A stretch of 64,000 bases of DNA. It comes from Cenococcum geophilum (Eukaryota). Where the stretch lies: positions 992,001 to 1,056,000 of the forward strand of contig CP158635.1 in the NCBI GenBank assembly GCA_050273025.1, given 5' to 3'. The notes under the pieces were generated by a model. It saw nothing but the letters and a program-made list of their open reading frames with translations. It did no database searches and had not been told where the DNA came from. The number at the start of each line of letters is the position of its first letter. Within the stretch, counting starts at the first letter, position 1. Shown here in pieces: positions 1 through 12,300 of this stretch. A program made the translations under genes and the position numbers.

Positions 1-360
1 CAAAGACACTCAGGAATTTAGCTAAAATTGTGAAAAGTGTTGAAAACCTGACTGAGTGTCCATTACCGCAGCGGTGCTGCTTCATTAAATACAGTTAATA
101 TCCCCTGAGGCTTAGGAAAAGGTCTCCAGTATCGCAGTCGTTTTCCGCGGGTAAGCCCGAAATAGATAACGGCGCGGCGAGGTGGTACGATTCATCTTGA
201 TGAGTCCGGGTAGCCTCTGGGATCGCGGATAGCTATCGGGACCCTGTTGCAAGAGGGAGATCTATATGCAGAATATTCCAAGAGGTGTAGTTGTTGGAGG
301 AGTAACAAGTGAAGGCCATCCCCACATAATGCCGTATACTGACTAGGGGGGAGATATACT

Positions 361-410
361 TGCCGAAGATGCCGAAGATGCCGAGGGTGCCGAAGACGCC
401 GACGATGCCG
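361..410. repeat. Degenerate 9-bp tandem repeat (TGCCGAAGA, about 5.5 copies)
   Basis: tgccgaaga tgccgaaga tgccgaggg tgccgaaga cgccgacga tgccg read directly. It would encode (AED)n in one frame, but no gene model could be supported. Confidence 0.75.
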
Positions 411-635
411 CTGCAAGTCTGCCGCTATGCCGATCGCGCCAACACGCGGGGAAGCGACATGCAAGAAACCATTCACAGGTGTGTCTCAAGCCATCGCAAG
501 ATCATAACGGTGGCCGGAAGATGGTCGCTACATTTTCTTGTGGCATGACCATGCAATTTTTGTATGGTTGCATGTGTAGCGGATCTACATCCCAGCACCG
601 CCACCACTGCCACTGACGTCGACCATACAGGAAAG

Positions 636-2816
636 TCAGTTATAGCCGACCTCTCCTGGGAAAGAAGCCCAGAATCCTTGCGTGGCATTAACCGTTATGT
701 TGTCGAAGTCGGCGCTGGCGAAATCGAAATCCGAGTCGAATGAGTTATCGTTACTGACAGGGAACGTCTGCCCAGGGCTGACGAGTGATCCGGCAGACCC
801 GAAAGGCGTAGACGTTGGAGAAATCGGAGCGAGACCGGCTACTGTAGTCTGTGATGCGGTTAGTGTTTACCCGTGGCTTTGATAATAGAATTAAGCTTAC
901 GTCTTGAGTAGGCTCTGCTACTGGAGTTTGCTCGTCCTGGGGTTTCTGGACTGGAGATGGTTGCAGTGCGCCATAATCAACCAACGCACTACGAAGTGCC
1001 CGTCGCTCATCCGGTGAGACGGGTCCATCCTCGCCATGAATCGTCCTATAGAATGCTTGCATGCGTTTAATTGTTTCGAACTGCAAGAAAAGGCCATTAG
1101 GAAGTGACACTGCTAAAGAGGGAAGAGGAATTGTTTAATCGAATAAGAGTTGATCCTTACCCAGTGCTGCGCCATTGGCCACTGGCCTTTCATCTCCTTC
1201 AAAAATACACAGCCCTGGATCACAAGGTTGAGTGATTTTTGAGAGTCACTCGGGCCATCCTCCTCGCCGGGAAAATTGTAGCTGTAAAGCATTACACCAA
1301 CTGCTGTATAAATGGTAAATCCTATCCAGGGAACCAGTCCTCTGAGGAAGAAAACACCAAATGTACGCATCTCTTCGAGCATTTCACAGACCGTAGTGGC
1401 TTCTCGGACAAGCTCGGTCCTAGATAACTTCTGCCAATGCTTCCATGTATCAGGATGATCCTGATATGACCTAGGGACTTCAGACTGGTCGTTTTGAGGT
1501 CCAAGCACAGGCAGATAGGCACGATGAAGGAACATAGAAGACATGAAATGAATCGAGTGCATATAGCAAAAGGCCTGACCTTGATCAATAGCATTGTGGG
1601 CGCGCAGGGAGAATATGTCGTATTGTAACCTTTGAGGCAATGAATTCTTCCATGAATTGAGCGCATAGACTAATCGTTGAAATTCAGACGGCGCCCACGG
1701 GAACTCACTGTTGACTGTATTCGAGCACGCCCATCGAGCAACTAATCCCCAAATATTTGCAGCTCGGAGGCTGTAGGCTATAATTCCCAATTCCCCAACA
1801 GGAAGAGATGGGAGAGGCATCTGCAGGTCCCCATTTAAATTCTCACAGCGCACTGCTTCACCAAACACGAAATGGTCTTTTTCGCACGGGAGTTGAATCG
1901 AAATGTCAGAAGCATCAAGTGAGCGCTTCCGTCCTTTGCCGCCACTGAGCAGACTATCCATCAGGAAACAAGTCCAAGCGGTTCGTCGTCTCTCCTCCAT
2001 TTCAATGAACTCCTCTCGGGACAGGGGGCGATCCTTGGGATAGGAAGGTTCCTGGCAGAGGTCCATGATTTGAACCATTCGTATAGCCATGCCCAGGTAT
2101 ATCCAGGCTCTTCGACCATTTCCAGCACCCCAGTCGTGTCCTGTGAGCATTAGAAGTGCTTGAACGCGACTGATGCTAGGTGTCTCAAGATCGGACTGGA
2201 GGATTTGCCTGGCGTGCGCCGCGAAGGCATTGCTGGCTTCTGTTTGCGATTTGTATGGCTTTGGGGCTTCTTTGACAAATCTACTTCGAGTTATGACCGT
2301 CTCTATGTCTGGCGGATTTATACCTGATTAGCACCCGACCTACCTTATGGCCAGTGCCAGTATTGCCCAAACCACCCATCTCTCAAGTGTTCGGTCGTGA
2401 ATGCGTAGTAGAAGCGTCGGAATATGGTGAAAGCACCATTTGTATGAACACCTGAGGAAGCTATTCTTCACCTCGTCCGTCAGCAGGTCGAAAGGATCCA
2501 CGCTAGCCAATTGGACAGCCGGTAGACTCTCGAGTGCAGGTAGAGGTGGAACGGGAGGAGCAGAAGGATTGGTAGGAATAGAGGTGTCGGCACGCCGGGA
2601 AGGCGAAGGATTAGACGGTGATGTACTACTAGACACCTGTGGAGAGTCACAACGAGGCCTTTTAGGCTGTCGGTGGATAGAAGAGGTGCCAGGTGGAGGG
2701 AATTGACAAGAATCGGCGCGTGAGGTTACTTTGCAGCGTTCGCACGGTGGCTTGTCGTTGTGTATGCATTTTTGCTTCGCGCTACGACATGAGACGCATG
2801 CCACTGGATTCCTCAT
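636..2816 (-). CDS. Zn(II)2Cys6 fungal transcription factor with Fungal_trans (middle homology) domain; 4 exons 2816-2344, 2280-1161, 1080-901, 848-636; about 661 aa
   Basis: N-terminal CVSC..KQKC...PPCERC...C cluster; AWIYLGMAIRM and EERRRTAWTCFLMD motifs. Three GT-AG introns (donors GTAGGT, GTAAGG, GTAAGC) rejoin in frame and end in an acidic/aromatic tail (DSDFDFASADFDN...FWASFPGE). An extra 5' exon cannot be excluded. Confidence 0.9.
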
Positions 2817-3173
2817 TATGACCTGCAGTCGAGAAAAGATTATTTAGGGCGCACCTTAGTGGGCAAACGTTACGGCGGAGTTGATTGTGGCCGCCCTCTG
2901 CGCCTAAAATCTGTTTCGGAGGATAAGCCTCGAGTTTGCCGGATGCTAAAGCCACCTATTACCAAAGGAGGCCCCATACTGCTTAATCAGACCTACCCAG
3001 GAACAAATAACCCAACTCTTTGCTTGAGCCATCATCAAGCTATCAATTATGTATTAATCCCTCCTGTGAGGGTGCCCCGCCTTGGTAGACTACGGGCTTC
3101 TTATATTCTCCTGCAACTTTGGCAACATCTCTCGGGACGCCAATATCCACGCTTTTTCCCATCACAGACAAAA
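2817..3173. promoter_or_regulatory. Shared divergent promoter between the TF and AKR genes
   Basis: 357-bp head-to-head intergenic region with several CGG/CCG triplets, including inverted GGCGG(2874-2878)...CCGCC(2891-2895). Confidence 0.5.
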
Positions 3174-4125
3174 ATGACGTCTAATAACACTCACTCAACG
3201 CTTCTTCCAGCAGGCTCAGAACCCGCTTTCATCTATGGCACTGCATGGAAGAAAGATGAAACCTCACGGCTTGTCAAAGAAGCGCTAGCAGCAGGCTTTC
3301 GGGGCATTGATACCGCAGCGCAGCCTCGACATTACCGCGAGGAGTTAGTAGGAATCGCACTTCGAGAGGCTTTCAAAGAGGGCAAGGTTCAAAGGAGCGA
3401 CATATATGTGCGCAACTAGATGGCCCAGTATGCGAGCGTGGCTTATTTAGTGGCAGCTTCAAACAAAGTTCACATCGCCTCGCGGACAAGATCCGAATAA
3501 CATGCCATACAACCTTGGAGATGGATTGAAGACTCAAATTCACGCCTCGGTATCATCCTCACTGCATAATCTACGGCATTCAGAAGATCAAAACGCCGAT
3601 AACGAGTCTTACATTGATTGTCTCCTTTTGCATTCCCCGTATCCGACCAGTCATGCAACCTTGGAAGCCTGGAAAATCCTTGAATCATACGTGCCCCACA
3701 AAATCCTTAGGCTAGGAATCTCCAACGTCCCCCCGGGAATGCTAGAAGATCTTTTTGAAAACTCGTCCGTAAAGCCCTCAGTGGTTCAGAACAGATTCTA
3801 TCCTTCGACAGGTTACGATGTCGAACTCAGGGGATTTTGCATCGAGAGAGGCATCATGTACCAGTCTTTCTGGACGTTGACTGGAAATCCCCGCCTCTTG
3901 GCATCCGAGACAGTTGCTAAGCTCGCTGATTCAGTAAAAGTCTCTAATGCCTCCGCTTTGTATAGTCTTGTGATGAATTTGGGAGTTGTTGTTCTCAATG
4001 GAACAACCTCCACCCAACACATGCAAGATGACCTTACAGAGATCAAGGAAGTTCAGAAATGGGCAACCTCTTATCCCGACGACTGGAAGATGATTACGGA
4101 AGGCTTCGCAAGCCTCCTAGAGTGA
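3174..4125 (+). CDS. Aldo-keto reductase family protein; exons 3174-3407 and 3457-4125; about 300 aa
   Basis: FIYGTAW, GFRGIDTA..HYRE, LQTKFT, LLLHSP, LGISN and PSVVQNRF motifs carry the AKR catalytic Asp/Tyr/Lys/His. A 49-nt intron (GTGCGC...GCAG) joins the two track ORFs in frame. Confidence 0.92.
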
Positions 4126-4529
4126 TAAAAATCCGAGCAAGAAAGAGCAAATTCATCTTTCATCCCAGACTGTGGGACCAATTCTCAGATCCTCAGTCCA
4201 TATTCTGTGATCAATCAAGAAAAGAATAACTGAATCAAATGCGAATTCCTCTCATTGGAAGCATTTGATAGGAGGTTTCGATTACATTGACTACTCAACA
4301 AATACCTCCACTCTTTCACGGATTCTCAGATTGGTGACGAGTCCTCGTGACCTTGTTCATCAATCGTTGCGATATTTGTAATCAGGACTTCTACCTGGGA
4401 GCCTGCAATCCATGTATGCAACCCTTGTGTTAGCTCATAACTCCCAATTCCGAATATTACCAATCCCCTAAGTACAGGCTATGAACTGCACAGCGCGCTT
4501 ATGTGACTAAAAGAAGATCCACCTTAATC

Positions 4530-6821
4530 CTACACTAAGGTGAGAGTTTTCATCCCACTCGAGTACGCTTTCCCCTTTGGTGAATTTGTCCTACCCCAGG
4601 ACCCTTTGATCTCTCCTACTCCGATTCGAGTAAACTCACCCATATCAAATCCAGCCTCTTCGAAGTCCACAAATGAGCTCGGAGTACCCCGCTGAACAAG
4701 GAAATCCACATCAACCAAACCATTATTTTGGCTGGCGCATTCTGCCAAAAGTGTTTTGTTGCAGTTCACCCAGTCGTCTCGTAATTTATGCTTCTCTTTA
4801 CCCTCCAACAACAGAACGTTTTGTCTTATTAACTCTTTCGAATTGGGGTCTTTTTGCTCGTTTGTTGAGATGCGCAGGCACCATACATTGCGCGTCAATA
4901 GCTTGGATGCTTTTCCAAGGCTGCCAGCTGGCTGAGTACGGGGAACGCGTGTACTCAAGGAACAGACCCCGGTGGGTTGCCAGTGTGAAGAGCCGTTCAG
5001 GATTCCATAACGATTACATCGCACGCCATGTGCTGCTCCGCGGTACCACGTAAGCGGGGTCAAAATTTGTGTCGGGCTCTCTTCTTGCCACATCAGAGTT
5101 GCCAACGTTAAAAGCCCACGCACTTTAATATCAGCATGCGTAATACGGGAGCTCAGCCACTGACTCGACCACGAAACGACCTGGCTGATTATTTCAAGCT
5201 TGTTTTCTGCCTGCTGAAGCTCGTCTTTGGGTGCTTGTACCGGGCCGTCTATTGATAGCCAGGACCAGGATGGGATGTCATGTAAATGCTCTGGTCGTGA
5301 CTTACCTTTGACATCTAGGGCTTCGGATACTGGTTGTCTGGTTGTCCAGAGAAGGCCGAAATGCAAATCCTGGACCCACAATCCTGCTAGAGGAGCACCA
5401 ATGGATCTTTCATGGAAAAAGGTTGTTATACCCGCCAGTGCAGCGAGTTTGTCAGTCTTTCGTGATAACTGGCGGGACGAGTAGTCTTCCACAAGTTTCC
5501 ACCAAATATTGCGAAGGCTAGTCTGAACGCTTGGGTCATGTGAGTTCCTCCTCCTATTCTGTGATTTGAACTTCCACAGTTCCTTCGCAGTACGGTATTG
5601 CAGGTCCAGAGTACCGTCTTCGGAAACGGTTCGTCGAGCACATTGCCAGAAGATTTGATCTTGTGCAAAGTAGATGGTTCTCCGGGATAAAAGCGCTTCC
5701 TGTAGCGCCCATCCACGCCGACCCAGGGAGGACTGGGCGATGGATCGATTCTCGGACGCTTGGATCCTAAGGTAAACTATAGGAGTATCTGTTCCTGGTT
5801 TGGCTGATCGTTGAGGAGATTTCGGACTTTCGAGCTCGAGCTTCACGGCTGGTTTGCGAGGGAATAAACATCCTCCGTGACCGTCCTGTGCAGCTGCAGC
5901 TGCGATGGTGAATTGAGCGCCTTGATAAATCGATGCCATCTTCACGGACTCAATCTCCCAATCGATAGTATCATCTTGAATGATGCACAGCGAATCTATC
6001 CACAGATATTGGAGCCCAAGTTGCCTGGTTATGAGGACCGCATCCTGGAATGTTCTCGGGAGGGATGATAGAGGGATTCCTTGAAGACGATTCTTGAGTG
6101 TAGCCTTTGTAGTTGTCAGCGGAGAGCTATCACCCCACCTATGGCTTAGAGTGGCGTAAAGCCCCGAGAGGTTATCAGATTTGCGTAAACGTGGACCTTT
6201 GGACTCGCTGCCAACGTCGATGACCCGTTTTGGCAATCTCGGCAAAGGCGTATCAAGAGACAGCGAGCATTCAGCATGTTGAGAGACACAGACGTCCAGC
6301 CAGTTTTTGATATTGGGAAAAGTATTGTCTATCGAACCATCGAGCCATAACTGTGTGCCGATTAGAGCACCTATTTCACTAGCGTCAGCTTGCATAGAGC
6401 CGCATAACACCAAAATTCCCAAATGGGCAAGCTCAACAATGAACTATCGCAGATCCGCACCTAGCAGTCCACATTGACGGCGACCGAGTTACATACTTTC
6501 ACTTGAGCACAGGACGATTTTCGCAGCTTGCTTGATTCTTTGCGCTTTCTTCGACGACGATAGGTCGCACTCGGCTTCAATATATGTGTATGCCTCTGGG
6601 TATCCTGGAGGCACCTTGGAGAAAGAGATGCGAGTCGGCGAAGCCCTGCCTTCACTAATATGCTTGAGGATCTCCTCCTTGTGGCCTGCATCCTCAAACG
6701 CGCGCAGAAACAAGACGCAGAGGTCGCATTTCTTGCTGCAGTTGATGAACTTTCGGAGGTCAACACAGTGCGTCTTGCGCTGTGCTGTAAACATACGTCG
6801 ACAGGTTTCGCAGACGGGCAT
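4530..6821 (-). CDS. HET-domain (PF06985-type, TOL/PIN-C-like) heterokaryon incompatibility protein; exons 6821-6497 and 6370-4530; about 721 aa
   Basis: YATLSHRWG, LPRTFQDAV, YLWIDSLCIIQDD..DW..ES..M..IY, RGWALQE, W..LVEDYS.R.LS...DKL.ALAGI and PSWSW motifs; N-terminal CxxC pairs; phase-1 intron GTATGT...GCTGAC...ATAG. Confidence 0.9.
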
Positions 6822-7262
6822 ATTAGTTGTTGTATGAATTACTATCGGCAGGATCGCCGTGAGAATCTGAAGATTCTCGTCGTTTGACGTGCCAACATGC
6901 AGGGCTGCGCTGTTCACGCATGCACGTGCTAGGATTGGTTGAGTTTAAATCGTAAGCGCGTCCTAAAGGCATTCTGAAAATTCCCTGAGTTTGCTCTGAC
7001 ATGTCTATTCCAGGACTAACTCCCGACCAAAATTTTCACAAGATTTAAGATTATTTCATATGCAAATTCCCGTGCTCTTATCGTGTCGTTTTCCTAGTCA
7101 CCATGAGAGCGAACTTCTACGGTAAGGGAATTACAGCATCTGACATTTCCCATGCTCCCGAATAGGCTCTATCGCATTCCTGAAGCTTATTGCTGGAGGA
7201 TCTGCCCATCGTTGTACCAACGTCTTGCCGGAAAGCGTAGGAGACGTTATCTCAGTAAGCGA

Positions 7263-7400
7263 CTCAGACGGCAAACGAGATAAGTCTCGCTAGTACTTAA
7301 TTAGTATAGCTTTATATAAAACCCCTACTAGCTTTATTAAACCCCTGCTAGCGTTATATAACCCCTGTACTTGAAAGCGCGGTCTCGTTTGCCGTCTGAG
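7263..7400. repeat. Perfect 18-bp inverted repeat CTCAGACGGCAAACGAGA (7263-7280 / 7383-7400) enclosing three ~21-bp direct repeats
   Basis: Read directly. Internal units are tagctttatataaaacccctac / tagctttattaaacccctgc / tagcgttatataacccctgtac. Confidence 0.9.
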
Positions 7401-8883
7401 GGCCTTTGGTGCGAAAATGTATAAAGGTCTACTCATTAATCAAACGCGATACTGCTAAAGAGCGATATATCTCCACTAGTTAACCAGTTAACCACTTTAA
7501 AAGGTAATTAATTATATTTTAAGGGTTACTTTATTTATCTATATACTTATTTATGCATTTTAGCTAATATAAAGTTCTAAAGTTATAGGTCGAAAATTTT
7601 TTATAAGTCTTGTTAGGTCTACTTATAAATCCTCTTTAGATGCCTTAAAGCAAGCGGTATTACTAACGGCAACGTAGTAACTTACGCTATTTAACTCCTC
7701 CTAAGGCCTAGTTATATACTTCCTAAAGAAAATATATACTAACCTTAACTATTCTATAGCTTTAGAGGCTTGTATTAAATAGTTCCAACCCCTAAAATAT
7801 AAAGCATTAGATGGAAATACTTACCTATATTATATGCTAACTCCTTAGGGGAAAGAATCCCTATACTTAATAGGTTGGGGTGCTTCGCTAACTAGTTTAT
7901 AAAATAGGGGATACTATACTTATTATAAAAACTAGCTTTAGTAAAAGTATTATATTCTATACTTTCTTAGTCTTAACTAGCTAAATTATAATATAGCTTA
8001 TCCTATTAAGTAAGCTAAAGGGGAAATAGGTTAAGTTAATTTATTAATATCCTAGTATAAACCTATATTTAATATTAACGGATATAAAATTCCAGAACCC
8101 TTAACTGCTTAAGAATATTAAGAATAGTATATATACCTATATACTACTTAGGCTAGAGTAAGCTATATCTCCTAAATTCTAGAAGATTCTATAGGATCTA
8201 TTCTTCTAATATTAAGTTAGACTGGTAGCTATTAATAAGTATTATATACTCTACTAGTAGAAGGAGTTTTAGAGTAACTTTATCTTAATCTATAAGCTAC
8301 GCCGGTCTCTCCTATTAAGTATTGTTTTCTTTAGCTGCTCTATAACTATAGACATTAAGACAGAGTAAGTAGTAAAAAAAAATAGTAGGTTTTAGCCAGA
8401 GGGAACTAAACTAGGTATATTAAAGATTATCCGTACGTCTATTAACTAACTAGATATCTTAATATATATGTTTCCGATACTAAAAAGAAAAACAAACTAC
8501 TATAAGTAGTTACACTTCTTACTTAACTAAGTAGTTAAGTCTTTAGGCGGTGGCTTAACCCCTTAGAAAATCCTAAAAATAATTATATTTCTTAACGGTA
8601 GAAGATATATCGCGGTAGTCTCTTAGTACCTTAAGGAGTCTCTTATCTAAAAGGGCTACTTAGCGTATTTTATAAACTAAATAGTTAGGATATATATATC
8701 TTATATAGCGAAGCATAATTAGGATAGAATATATAATATTTTCCGCAATAAGCAGTTAGATATTTGGATTATAGTAGCTATAACTACTCTTAGAATAGGC
8801 ATAGATATTCTAAATATTTATATAGTTATCTAATAGAATATCCTAATTATAGATAATATTAGAGATTTATAGCAGAGGTTTAG

Positions 8884-9143
8884 TATAAGGTAGTATTACT
8901 AGGGTATACGGTAGGGAGCAGGCAAGCCGAGCATAAGTCATATAGGGAGTCGATGGAAGAGGACGATATAGTAATGAGGGTAGGCAATAGCCTCGTACTA
9001 AGAGACGAACCAATAAGGAGGGAAAGGGCTGCAAGCTTAAGGTGCTTATAAGGAGATGCTAAGGGCTAGCCGAAGGCTAGCCTTGGCGACCCCTAAGAGC
9101 CCCTAGGCAATGCAGCTAAGTAAGGGCCAAAATAACCCTTACA
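8884..9143. mobile_element. Solo LTR (260 bp) inserted in helicase motif VI
   Basis: Ends TATAAGG (RIP of TGTAAGG)...CCTTACA; 5-bp TSD TTTAG at 8879-8883 and 9144-9148. Removal restores QRFGRA-like coding. Confidence 0.85.
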
Positions 9144-9301
9144 TTTAGTTATATAGTAAGGGGTTATAATAAAATTAGAGTAGCTGTGTTCTTTATACCG
9201 TATTAGGCGTTTAATTAATTGGGATATTAGAAGGAGTTAACTTAAGAAAAAGTTACTAGTTAAATAATATTTAAGCCAAAACGTAGACGTAATATACTCT
9301 T

Positions 9302-12300
9302 TATAACGGCGCTATCGCATATTACCTGCCAAATTCTGCCATATTCTGCCAACCTGCGATTGGCCCGCCTAAAGCTAGCGCCTTAGCGGCTTACCCTATA
9401 TATTTGTTTACATCGGTCCTAGCGACCCCTTTTCCTTCTTTTTAGCTTAGTATCTTGGTAATATAGCATTCGTTTAAGCTTTGGTTCAGAGGCATTTATT
9501 TAAGCCGTGACATTATACTAAGCTCTCCCTACCTTGCCTGGGAAGGCCTTAATAATATCCTACCCTAAAGAAACTTCGTCTGCAACGACGCATTAATACG
9601 CTATACTTAGACACTAAAACAACTCTATATTACCTAGGAAGGCCTAGATAATATCCCACCTTATAAGCTAGATAGGACTAGACCTATACCCCTGGAATTG
9701 AAACTAAAGCGTATAATTCTAACGAACCTTAGGAAGCTAACGATGGCACCTAAAGTAAGCTTATCTAAGAGAGCTGCCTTTACCTAAGAGGAACCTAAGA
9801 TCCAATTAGGATCAGAAATTGAAGATAATAATAATGTCGTAGACATACGCGAGTAGATTCGCGCCCTTGTAGCTAGCTAGGAAGCCGATCGTCTTAAAGC
9901 GAGAAATATACAAGAGACTCTATAAGAGATCCTAAAAAGCCTTATAGCCCTATAAAATAGCCTGGCTTCCTCTTCTTAAAGCCCTAGTTAACCTATTTAC
10001 TTTATTAAATGTAATACACTAGGGAGTACGGATACAATAATAAAGTAATTAAAGTCCGTTAAGCTCCCTAACCCCCTACTACTGTCTAATAGGATAGACC
10101 CTACCTTTATGAATTGGAGGATTTAAGTATAAGGAAAGCTCTGTGTTAACTATAACTATTTCCTTTCTAAAGAAGCTAAAATACTCTACCTCTTTGGTTA
10201 AACCACTGGGGACGCCTAACGGCACCTTTAAGCCAAGTTTGAGGATAACTCCCCTGTCCGATTTATATCTGTTAATAAAATAATATGGCACCTAGCGGCT
10301 ATTTATATTAACCTAAATAAAGTATAGGATACCTGTTATAACTATAATTACCTAATAATAAAACCGAACTAACCCTTTACCGAATTCTAGACTTAATTCC
10401 TATACCTTATAGGAGAAGGCTAGGTTCCCCTTAAGAACTACTAATTAGACCTATACGATAAGCTAATAATCCGGCTATAAGAAAAGATCGCTGTAACCTT
10501 AGATAACCTACTAACCTACGAAAAACTTACAGCTTATTGCCTATTATTAGACTTAGAACTAAAGCGGATTAACGCCCGCCCTAATTAGTAGAAGCGACTC
10601 CGTAATAATTAGAACTCGCTAGCTATACCTATAGGAGCTAGAGTAGGAAGATAAGTTACGACTGCTCTTATACTAAAGGTGGTTACAACTACGTACTAGT
10701 AAGCCTCGCCCGACTAGCTACGTACTACGCTATTAACTAGTATTTGCCGTAATACTCCAATCAACCCTACCTTAGCTATGTGCTTTAACTGCGATAAGTA
10801 AGATTACTTTACCTCGTCCTACCCGGAGCTAAAGGATATAGGCGATATTAAGGAGATAGAGGAAGGAGAAACGTCTAATAAGTTAGGAAAAGAAGAACCC
10901 TAGGGAAAGACTCCCCTTTAGGGTACTCTATTGATCTTGAAGAGATTAATCTTAGTTAGTTAATAGGTGGAAAGTATTTTACGGTTCTATATATAGTATC
11001 TTAAAATGGATATAGAGTTAATACTATGGTGGGGTAAAATGGGCCACTGCTTAGTGCCTTGGCATTTTCCTGTATATATCGAGCCTTCGGCTTCTCTCCT
11101 TCTCTCCATCACGACCTACCGGGAATACATTCTTTCCTTTCTTCTTACTGACTGCTTTCCTACTGATTGATTACGACTGACGACTGACCGACCGACCGAC
11201 CGACCGACCGACAGACAGACAGACAGCACTGTGACTTTCCTATCTGAGAGTGGTCGTACCCTCCCACAATACAACCGCCCTTATTAACACTAGAGTAAAT
11301 GGCTTCGCCTTTATAAATACTGCCTATGTAAATAATGTTGCTAAGTTTCTAAATGCAGAAGCTATCTAACTAGAGAAGCCTGTCTAGGTAAAGGGCTATA
11401 ATAGCTAAGCCGGTTAGCCCGTTACCTACGTCTTAAAGTTATATATCACTTTTAACGGACAACACTAATATGGTATCCCCTTTTGCATCCTAGACCTAGG
11501 GTCCTATAATATAATCCTTAGACGAAAATAGATGTCCTATTTTAATATTTAGTTAAATATATAAAAAAGACGGTTTATTTAGCCGGAGGATAGACTAAGG
11601 TTGCCCTCCTTTATTAGGGAGATCCGAACTAACCATAAGACACTAGCTGTAAGGGCTAACTTTACCTACTAGTAGGATGTCCGGGCCTGTGACCTAGCCT
11701 TTACCTAAGAGAACGCCCGCCGCGAAGCTAGAAAGAACTCCGTACCGATAAAGATACTCTCCTAAAGCGCTACGTTTAAAAAGGACTCTACGTATAGAAG
11801 CGGGATAGATAATAATATAGATAACGTCTAAATCGCATAGATTTAACTGTTATAGAAAAGAACGTATTAACAGGATATAAGGGATAACCTCCGAAAGATA
11901 TAACAGGAGCTAAAAGGAGTAATAATGACGCTAGTACCCTAGAAGTCCCTAAAGTTATATACGCCCCTATTGTTAGTTAACCCCCCTACTATAGATATCG
12001 CTATAATTAGCGCTGTAGTGTTCTACTTTAATATATACCGGAAGGATAATAAGGTCTTTACAACGAGCCTATATAAGATTAACCGAATTATTAATAATAG
12101 AGAGGAAAGGCTAGATAAGGAAACCGATGAGGAACTAGTTAAATACCTCCTTTTTACTATTTATATAGGCTACAAGGATATATTCTTAAAGGCGGCCTTA
12201 GATAAGTTACCCCCCTACTAAACGTATGATTATAAGATTTAATTAAAGGCCCATAACTCGCTAGGCTATAGCCCCCTCTACTATTAATTAATGGATAAGC

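Noticed and set aside
192..688. Short ORFs 192-476, 360-548 and 473-688
   Set aside because: The first two are kept open by the 9-bp repeat and the third overlaps the TF 3' end. No recognisable domain or supportable splice model.
751..900. TF C-terminus as given by ORF 751-1110
   Set aside because: It reads through a canonical intron (GTAAGC...CTAAC...CAG, 900-849). The spliced form gives a more typical acidic tail ending at 636.
2859..3173. 105-aa N-terminal extension of the AKR in the ORF track
   Set aside because: It starts at GTG, covers the shared promoter and has no AKR character. ATG 3174 has a good context (AAAATG).
4673..6887. Plus-strand and alternative-frame ORFs overlapping the HET gene
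   Set aside because: Shadow ORFs of a well-supported gene.
7263..7400. Stand-alone MITE
   Set aside because: No TSD flanks the inverted repeats and RIP-mutated transposon sequence continues directly to the right. It is better explained as a complex element end, though not fully excluded.
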